Shown in pieces: positions 55,984-64,000 of a stretch of 64,000 nucleotides of DNA (position 1 is the stretch's first letter; every line of letters starts with the position of its first letter). Below the pieces are notes generated by a model. It was not told the origin of the DNA, ran no database searches, and saw nothing but the letters and a program-made list of their open reading frames with translations. The DNA lies in the IMG/VR virus record IMGVR_UViG_2595698668_000001, positions 96,001 to 160,000 of that record, one strand, 5' to 3'. This stretch comes from a virus (Duplodnaviria; Caudoviricetes). Position numbers and translations under genes: made by a program.

Positions 55984-56817
55984 TTACCAGCGCATGAACT
56001 CTTGTACAGACTCATCGATTTTTGATTTGGGTTCTGGCTTTTTATCTTTCTTATCTTTTTCGCCTTTCTCACCCTTTTCATCTTTGTCGTCTTTCTTATC
56101 TTCGTCATCATTGAAGTTAAGATTTTCGTTTAGAGGTTTCTGATTAGATTCTTGCTCTTTCTTCTGAGAAACCATTTCAACCAGAGCACTTACACGAGTA
56201 CCGAATTGTTCAGCAGAACCAAACGAAATTCCCTCACAAAGAGTTTTAACTTGTTCTTGTTGAACCATAGTCAGCTCTTTAATAGACTCAGCGATAACAG
56301 CTTCACGTTCTTTAGCTTGAATACTTTCGGTCAGAGCAGAGTTTTTACTAACCAGATCGTTAATCATGCTTTGGGCTTCTTCCAGCTCGGCAGCTTGTTC
56401 GGCAACGATATCAACTGCATCCTCTGGAACAACAACGTGATGAGAAACAAATAGTTCTTTCATACCAGCAAGCAGACTTTCAGCAAGTTGGGCTTGGATA
56501 CCAGTTTCAATAGCTACTTTGTTATCTTCCATAAAGCTTTCTGCTAGATGTTCGAAATAGCTATCCATGGTTTTAATCAGTTCTGCATTCTTTGCTTCGG
56601 CGGCTTCTTGAACCAGTTCATCGGATTTAGCGGCTAGGGCTTCGATGTGCGATTCTGCGAGCTGTACGGCTTCCTCACGCAGTTTGGTTTGAAATACTTG
56701 GGTCAGTGCGTCAACGACACCCTCGCTCAAATTGAGCCCTTGCAGAGCGCCAGAAATGGCATCTGCTTGTACAGTGATATTTTTAGATTCACTGAGCAGT
56801 TGGTCTTTAATAGACAT
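55984..56817 (-). CDS. 22: prohead core scaffold protein gp22
   Basis: QLLSESKNI, LAESHIE, NKVAI, KELFVSHHVVVPEDAVDIVAE. Confidence 0.95.
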   Translation of the reverse strand: MSIKDQLLSESKNITVQADAISGALQGLNLSEGVVDALTQVFQTKLREEAVQLAESHIEALAAKSDELVQEAAEAKNAELIKTMDSYFEHLAESFMEDNKVAIETGIQAQLAESLLAGMKELFVSHHVVVPEDAVDIVAEQAAELEEAQSMINDLVSKNSALTESIQAKEREAVIAESIKELTMVQQEQVKTLCEGISFGSAEQFGTRVSALVEMVSQKKEQESNQKPLNENLNFNDDEDKKDDKDEKGEKGEKDKKDKKPEPKSKIDESVQEFMRW

Positions 56818-56838
56818 TGGTTTTTCCTTATTTGAAAG

Positions 56839-57564
56839 TTAACTTTTCAATGCTTCGATTAATTTGAGAATCTTTGCATCGTCTGTATTATTTAGGGTAG
56901 ATTTTTGATCGGTTTTTGATTCGTTAACTCGGTATGCGTTTGTATACGCATTAGGTGCGCTTGGTCCCCAAACAACATCCACCCCAACAGTTAAACGATA
57001 ACCTTCTTGAACTTCATTTAAACCGCGTGAATTGCGCTTCAAAGAACCAAGACCACGAGAACTAACACCCGGAATCCAACCAGCTCTAATAAGAGCAGCG
57101 ACCTTATCACCTTCCGCGTGGTCCCCTTCTACAATACGAGCACGACCATAAACGTCGTTACCTTTCCACCAGAGCTTTTCGATGACCAAAGCTGATTTTG
57201 ATGGGTCTGGATAAGAACGATCACCGGGGTGATTTAGTTCACCAAGAGATTGTTTGGACTCTACCTGATCTTTAACGTATCTTTCGACGGCTTTTTCCAT
57301 TACCCGTTTTGGATAAATACGACCATTACCATTAGGAACTTCCGCTTGGAGGAAAATACCCTCGATATAAAGATTACCAGTACCTTTGTCATCCACTGAT
57401 TCAATCAGGTAATATTCTTTATTGGGAACCCCAGATTCATTTTTCTCGGTTAGATTGTTATCAGTCCTATATTCGGTGCTCCAATGCTCAATTAAAAGCA
57501 TATTTTTTGAAGGTTCACCGTTATCTCTACCTTCCCAGTTTTCGACTAGAATATTTTCATACAT
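56839..57564 (-). CDS. 21: prohead protease gp21
   Basis: YIEGIFLQAE..NGNGRIYP, GELNHP, GVSSRGLGS, DVVWGPSAP. Confidence 0.97.
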   Translation of the reverse strand: MYENILVENWEGRDNGEPSKNMLLIEHWSTEYRTDNNLTEKNESGVPNKEYYLIESVDDKGTGNLYIEGIFLQAEVPNGNGRIYPKRVMEKAVERYVKDQVESKQSLGELNHPGDRSYPDPSKSALVIEKLWWKGNDVYGRARIVEGDHAEGDKVAALIRAGWIPGVSSRGLGSLKRNSRGLNEVQEGYRLTVGVDVVWGPSAPNAYTNAYRVNESKTDQKSTLNNTDDAKILKLIEALKS

Positions 57565-57566
57565 GA

Positions 57567-58043
57567 TTAGAGCCCCATCGAATGGCGCTTGCGCATAGCC
57601 TTTTTATATTTCTTATTAGCTCGAATCTGAATAGACGGGTTAGCTCTTTTGGTCTTAACCGCATGTCTAGCAATTTGACGACGCTGTGACTTACTCAATC
57701 CAGTTGTTTGTGACGCTCTACGTCTACGGGTTTCACGATCATGGATACGGGTAACAGTACCAGCCGCGTTTACACGTTTTACAAGAACTTCATCAAGTTC
57801 CTCAGACTCTTCCAAAATACTTAGAATAGCTAGTGCTTCAATCGCATTTTCAGAAATCATATTTTCTGCAATTGTCAAAGAATCTTCTTCACCAAATACA
57901 GATTTAAGGTGTTGTGCTTTTTCGGGAGCAGTCGATTCGACGCATTCAGCGATTAACGAAAGGAGTACGTCGTACTCCAAATCGGTTTCAAGAATGCGAG
58001 AACCTTTTACTCCCCATTTGGAAATTACTTCTTGTTTTTCCAT
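57567..58043 (-). CDS. 68: prohead core protein gp68
   Basis: TTGLSKSQRRQIARHAVKTKRANPS. Confidence 0.93.
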   Translation of the reverse strand: MEKQEVISKWGVKGSRILETDLEYDVLLSLIAECVESTAPEKAQHLKSVFGEEDSLTIAENMISENAIEALAILSILEESEELDEVLVKRVNAAGTVTRIHDRETRRRRASQTTGLSKSQRRQIARHAVKTKRANPSIQIRANKKYKKAMRKRHSMGL

Positions 58044-58072
58044 TTTTATTTTCCTTATGGGGTTGTTAAAAA

Positions 58073-58228
58073 TTATTCTTGTTCGTCTTCGAAGGGGGCT
58101 AAGGATGCTCCCATCTGAACCCGCATATCATGAGTTTTAGCGGCAATACGTGAAAACATTTCAGTTTCGAATGCACCTTTAGCGGCAATAAGATCGCCAG
58201 CTCGTGCTGCATTAATAAATTCTTCCAT
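58073..58228 (-). CDS. 67: prohead core protein gp67 (51 aa, not in ORF track)
   Basis: MEEFINAARAGDLIAAKGAFETEM...; between genes 20 and 68. Confidence 0.85.
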   Translation of the reverse strand: MEEFINAARAGDLIAAKGAFETEMFSRIAAKTHDMRVQMGASLAPFEDEQE

Positions 58229-58253
58229 CACTCTATACCTTTATTTAGTGTTG

Positions 58254-59831
58254 TTAAAAATCAGCGAGACCATCTTCTGGATTTGGTGGATTGAGAATTT
58301 CGGATTTCATTTCTTCCTCAATCTTCTTCGCCTCTTCTTCAATTTGTTTATCTGTCATTTTCATTATGTCTTTCATAATTGTGTTATGAGACATATATTT
58401 CCCGACGATATTATTTTGAATGAGACTACTTACCACATCTATTCTACGTTGAAGAATCTCAATATCTTTAAGTTCTTCATAATAAGAATCTTTGGCATAT
58501 ACAATCTTGATGTTATTCTTTTCTTCGTCCCATTCTTCCTGACTCATAATACCTTTTAGAATAAGGTTTGTAACGAGTGGGTCATAGAAAATTGGGTCAA
58601 ATTGGCGCTGCATACCGCGAACCAATTTAGCAAACAACAGCTCATCACGAGATATTTCCCCACCATTCGAGAATGTAACACCACCAGATTCCATTGGGAG
58701 GCGACTAAGAGGCAATTTCATTGCTTCATAAACTTTACGGTTGAACCAACGAACGTCGTCCATTTCACCAATAGACTGGGCACCCGGAAGAGTAGAAATC
58801 TCAGTGGAAGCCTTACCATCTCGACGCATCAACCAGAAATCTTCTGTCATGCTTAGGTTATTGGCTGCTGTTTTAACCTTACCCGTCGAACTGTCATAGA
58901 TAACTCGGTTTTTAAAGCCTTGCATGACTTTGTTTACGTGTTCGGTTGCTTTTTTAGGTTGCATATTACCAACGTCAATATAAAAAATACGACGCTCTGG
59001 TGCGCGTGATACGCGATATATAACCAACGCATCTTCTAACATCTTCAAAATGTTAGCTGGCTTTATTGCAGCATGTAGATGCCCTATAATAGACCTACCA
59101 TCACAAGATACTTTACCACTGTGAGCATAAACCATCGCATCGCGGGGGATAACGATATGGTTTGTATTGGCTTGGTTTATATTATAAGTTGAACATTCAG
59201 TACCTGAATAAGTAAAATATTCCCGATGACCTTTATAAATGCTATTACCACCTTCAACCTCTTTAAAGTTTTCTCTGTGATAATATACGGCTCGGGGGTC
59301 TAACAACCGAAGTTCTTTAATACCTTCTTTTTGGTGTTTCGGGTCGATCATTTTATGGAAATAGATTCGACTATCGACATACCAACGGCGATATAATCTC
59401 TTACCTTCTTTTTCGAAGTTCAAAAGAGACAATATTTCTTCAAATTCTTCTTGAACCCGGTCTTTAATGGATTTATTCCATTTAGTTGCATCCAGATCCA
59501 ATGAAACAGTATTCTTTTCGTCTTCTTGAACAATTGCATCATTTACGATTTCATCAATCGCATTATCAACTTCATGATAATTTGTTAGAGCGCGATATTG
59601 ATCTATAAGTTGACGAGTTGAATTAATTTTTTGTTCAGTACCATATGCATAAGCTTGATATGCACGACTAGGAGCTGATGTATCGGTCCTATCAATAGAA
59701 TTAGCACCATCAGGATTGTCTGGTGCGGAGAAACTATCAATCCCCGATTTGAGTTCTATATCTAGTTCCTTATCGTCGTCTTTCGCCCACGGACGAAGAA
59801 AACTTGGAACAGTAAAACGACCATTGAACAT
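58254..59831 (-). CDS. 20: portal protein gp20
   Basis: RRWYVDSRIYFHK, LEDALVIYRVSRAPERRIFYIDVG, EDFWLMRRDG. Confidence 0.98.
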   Translation of the reverse strand: MFNGRFTVPSFLRPWAKDDDKELDIELKSGIDSFSAPDNPDGANSIDRTDTSAPSRAYQAYAYGTEQKINSTRQLIDQYRALTNYHEVDNAIDEIVNDAIVQEDEKNTVSLDLDATKWNKSIKDRVQEEFEEILSLLNFEKEGKRLYRRWYVDSRIYFHKMIDPKHQKEGIKELRLLDPRAVYYHRENFKEVEGGNSIYKGHREYFTYSGTECSTYNINQANTNHIVIPRDAMVYAHSGKVSCDGRSIIGHLHAAIKPANILKMLEDALVIYRVSRAPERRIFYIDVGNMQPKKATEHVNKVMQGFKNRVIYDSSTGKVKTAANNLSMTEDFWLMRRDGKASTEISTLPGAQSIGEMDDVRWFNRKVYEAMKLPLSRLPMESGGVTFSNGGEISRDELLFAKLVRGMQRQFDPIFYDPLVTNLILKGIMSQEEWDEEKNNIKIVYAKDSYYEELKDIEILQRRIDVVSSLIQNNIVGKYMSHNTIMKDIMKMTDKQIEEEAKKIEEEMKSEILNPPNPEDGLADF

Positions 59832-59912
59832 ATGAGTAATCCTTTTATTTTATCTATATTTATTTAGGGCAATAAAATTAAAAGGATATGGGGTATTTCT
59901 ACCCCAATCATT

Positions 59913-60401
59913 TTATTCCCACCAGTCCAAAGCCATAATAACTTCAAACATTTCAACCTCAGACCCAGTATCCCAGTCCAAAGCAAGTTCGGAAATTTGG
60001 GTAGGCCAAGTACCATAAACTGTATAAGAACGAGTACGCTTACCAGTACGGTCGAGTTGATGTACGGTTGCTTCCTTCTTATATACGGTTGGAACTTCAC
60101 CATTGATATTACGACCAAGGGATTGAGCTATATTTTGCCACTCAATAAATTGTTGACGTGTGTTGTGTTCGGTGTCATTATAGACTGTGAGTGTCCAGTC
60201 ATCGAATGTACGGTCACCAGCCAGTTTGAGCTTTTTATTCTGATAACCCAGAATTACGGGTTCTACAGTTGCACCCGGCATAGAAGCAGCTTTACATTTG
60301 AATGAAAAGTCTTGCCCCATGAAAGGAATTTCAATCTCAAACAGGTTAGGGCGAGCCAGATCACCGTTAGAAAACGCACGGCTTACATCAGTAAGATCCA
60401 T
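59913..60401 (-). CDS. 19: tail tube protein gp19
   Basis: ARPNLFEIEIP, AGDRTFDDWT, WPTQISE..LDW. Confidence 0.97.
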   Translation of the reverse strand: MDLTDVSRAFSNGDLARPNLFEIEIPFMGQDFSFKCKAASMPGATVEPVILGYQNKKLKLAGDRTFDDWTLTVYNDTEHNTRQQFIEWQNIAQSLGRNINGEVPTVYKKEATVHQLDRTGKRTRSYTVYGTWPTQISELALDWDTGSEVEMFEVIMALDWWE

Positions 60402-60468
60402 TTTAAACCTCTTTGTATTCTTTAATTATTTAGGGTGGTTAAAATGGGGGATATTATCCCCCACTCTA

Positions 60469-62505
60469 TTAGTTTTGTGGACCAACCAACTCATCGAAGT
60501 TAGCGGAAGTTCCCACAGCGGAGAAGTTCAGGCTAACATAGTTGATAGACCGTGCTGGTTTGATTAGAATAGTTGCAACAAACTCGTTACGGTCAATAAC
60601 CGCCGGGGTGTTGTTTGTCTCATCACACACGACGCGGAAATCATAGATACCACCAAGAGACTTGATAGAATCTAGGTAGGAATTGACCTCGCTGCGGAAA
60701 GAGTTACGAGTAAACGCATCGTTATTCTCAAACAGCTTATATTTCGCGCTTTCAGAGATAGACTTCTTCAACAGGTTGAACAAACGACGGACGTTGATCC
60801 GGTCGAATGGGGTTGGTTGAAGACTCATAGTCTTATCACCATACAGAATGAAACCTTGACCGGGGAATCCAACTACTGGGTTCATACTGTTTTGATACAG
60901 CTCATCACGATGCGCTTGACGAGTCTCGATAGCCAGCTTACGAACGTCTAGGATCTGCCCACGGTTAAACCCAGCCGGAGACATCCATGGTTGGGCTACT
61001 GTGTCTGTACGAGCACACAAGCCAGCCATATCAGCAGACAGCGGGATCCAACGGTTGGTGTCGTTGTATTTGTCGTATTGCAGCTTGTAGTTTGCAGATG
61101 TAGAACTATAGGTGGTTCCTATGTTCATGTTATCATCAACCACAACACCCGAATCGGTAACACCACGACGCCATTCAACCATCTTCTTAACAGCAGTTGC
61201 TACGGGTAGGTTTACCATGTATTCGCGGGGTGGGCTGATCCAACCAAGGCAATCCTGACGCTCATCACAGATAGCAGCAACGGATTTCTGTACAGTTGAA
61301 GCAATTTCTACCCCTTCACCAGCACAAGAACCGGCAATAAACAGGTTTACATCTACGTGCTCACGGTCAGAGAACATATCCCAGCCTTCAATCCAATCAC
61401 CGGCAGACGCAGTTGAGTTACCACTATTACCACCACCAAATGTAAGGATTCCAGAATACTCGGTAGGCCACGACTCAGCAACACCTTGGATAAAGGTGGA
61501 ATATCCGTTAATGAAGAATTCATCAACATAGATGCTGGAACCGTATATATCACGGTCATTCTCTTTTACTGACAGAATACGAGATTCAACAGCAGAACCA
61601 CCAACAAAAACAATCATCGCGAACTGGTCTTTTGTTTGTGGACCATATTCCAAATAAGAGCTTGGGGTGATATTACCAAAACTCAAGCCGCTTGGGAAAG
61701 TTTTCAGGTTTACTGTATTAACAGAAGAAATCTTACCATCTACACCAAACTTGTAATAATCTTTGTACGCAATAAATGCGACTTGGATATTATCACCAGT
61801 CAGACCGGCGTAACGAGAAGCAACAACAGGAATACCATAGGATTCGCACATATCGATGTATGTTTCGGTCGTTTCGTCTCTACGAAGCAGGGATTCACGG
61901 GAATATTCATCATTACGAATATAAATCTTACTATCTTGACGAATACCGTTCAGTACAGCCGTTGCGGATTGACCACTACCGGGACCACCAGAGGTGAATT
62001 GGATCTGCCACCCATTTTGAAGGGCTGGATAGTCGTTAAGTTCTTTTGCCTTTTTAACTACTTCGGCAGTAGAGAATCTAACGAAGGTGATACCACCAAC
62101 GGAGTTAAGTGCGGAAACTTTACCAGTAGTGATAGTTGCACCATTCTGGAGAATTTTAACATCGTCACCAATACGATAATCCACACCCGGAGATGTAATT
62201 GTATAATCAATTGTTTCAAAAAACGGACTAGAGTTACGTGCAGTATCTTCATCAAGAATACGGACGGTACGAAGATCGTTACCATATTTCAGGAAGTTGA
62301 TCGCACTGAGAACGCTATCAGCAGTTTGATTATCAGGACGACCGAAACGGTCGATAAGGTCGGTCTCAGAAACTAGTTGAGAAATTTGATATGCAGGCCC
62401 CCACTGGAATTTACCAGCCAGAGCCGCCCGTCCAGTAGATGAACGGGCAATAGTAGTTTGCATATTATTCTCTTTAGATTCTACACCCGGAGAAAGTAAT
62501 GCCAT
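60469..62505 (-). CDS. 18: tail sheath protein gp18
   Basis: LLSPGVESKE, GKFQWGP, WMSPAG.NRG, FDRINVRRLF, KPARSINY. Confidence 0.98.
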   Translation of the reverse strand: MALLSPGVESKENNMQTTIARSSTGRAALAGKFQWGPAYQISQLVSETDLIDRFGRPDNQTADSVLSAINFLKYGNDLRTVRILDEDTARNSSPFFETIDYTITSPGVDYRIGDDVKILQNGATITTGKVSALNSVGGITFVRFSTAEVVKKAKELNDYPALQNGWQIQFTSGGPGSGQSATAVLNGIRQDSKIYIRNDEYSRESLLRRDETTETYIDMCESYGIPVVASRYAGLTGDNIQVAFIAYKDYYKFGVDGKISSVNTVNLKTFPSGLSFGNITPSSYLEYGPQTKDQFAMIVFVGGSAVESRILSVKENDRDIYGSSIYVDEFFINGYSTFIQGVAESWPTEYSGILTFGGGNSGNSTASAGDWIEGWDMFSDREHVDVNLFIAGSCAGEGVEIASTVQKSVAAICDERQDCLGWISPPREYMVNLPVATAVKKMVEWRRGVTDSGVVVDDNMNIGTTYSSTSANYKLQYDKYNDTNRWIPLSADMAGLCARTDTVAQPWMSPAGFNRGQILDVRKLAIETRQAHRDELYQNSMNPVVGFPGQGFILYGDKTMSLQPTPFDRINVRRLFNLLKKSISESAKYKLFENNDAFTRNSFRSEVNSYLDSIKSLGGIYDFRVVCDETNNTPAVIDRNEFVATILIKPARSINYVSLNFSAVGTSANFDELVGPQN

Positions 62506-62517
62506 TTTATTTTCCTT

Positions 62518-64000
<1,483 letters not shown>

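Overview
64 kb of a large T4-like (Straboviridae/Tevenvirinae-type) myophage genome. The left part (1-24.9 kb, minus strand) is the replication/recombination module: gp61, gp41, gp40, uvsX, a split DNA polymerase gp43A/gp43B, regA, gp62/44/45, gp46/47, gp55 and one cluster holding both class I and class III ribonucleotide reductases. The middle holds gp35/gp34 tail fibre genes, rnh-dsbA-33-59-32, ligase, dda, uvsY, uvsW, rnlB, inh and accessory genes. The right end is the head/tail module gp24-gp17. The split gp43, the very long gp35 and the lack of hydroxymethylcytosine genes at their T4 positions resemble Aeromonas T4-like phages (inference, not a taxonomic call). The most notable observations are: (1) a 143-aa degenerate copy of the terminase gp17 ATPase domain and (2) a free-standing, apparently catalytically dead Hint/intein-like protein, flanking gp40 in the uvsX-gp41 interval; (3) a 122-bp non-coding element present twice in inverted orientation 25.5 kb apart (119/122 identical), with GNA-triloop ssDNA hairpins and promoter motifs, one copy at a rearrangement junction; (4) an extra P-loop/SF2-like helicase; (5) a CCCTAAATA late-promoter variant. 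All protein calls come from motif recognition by eye; no searches were run.
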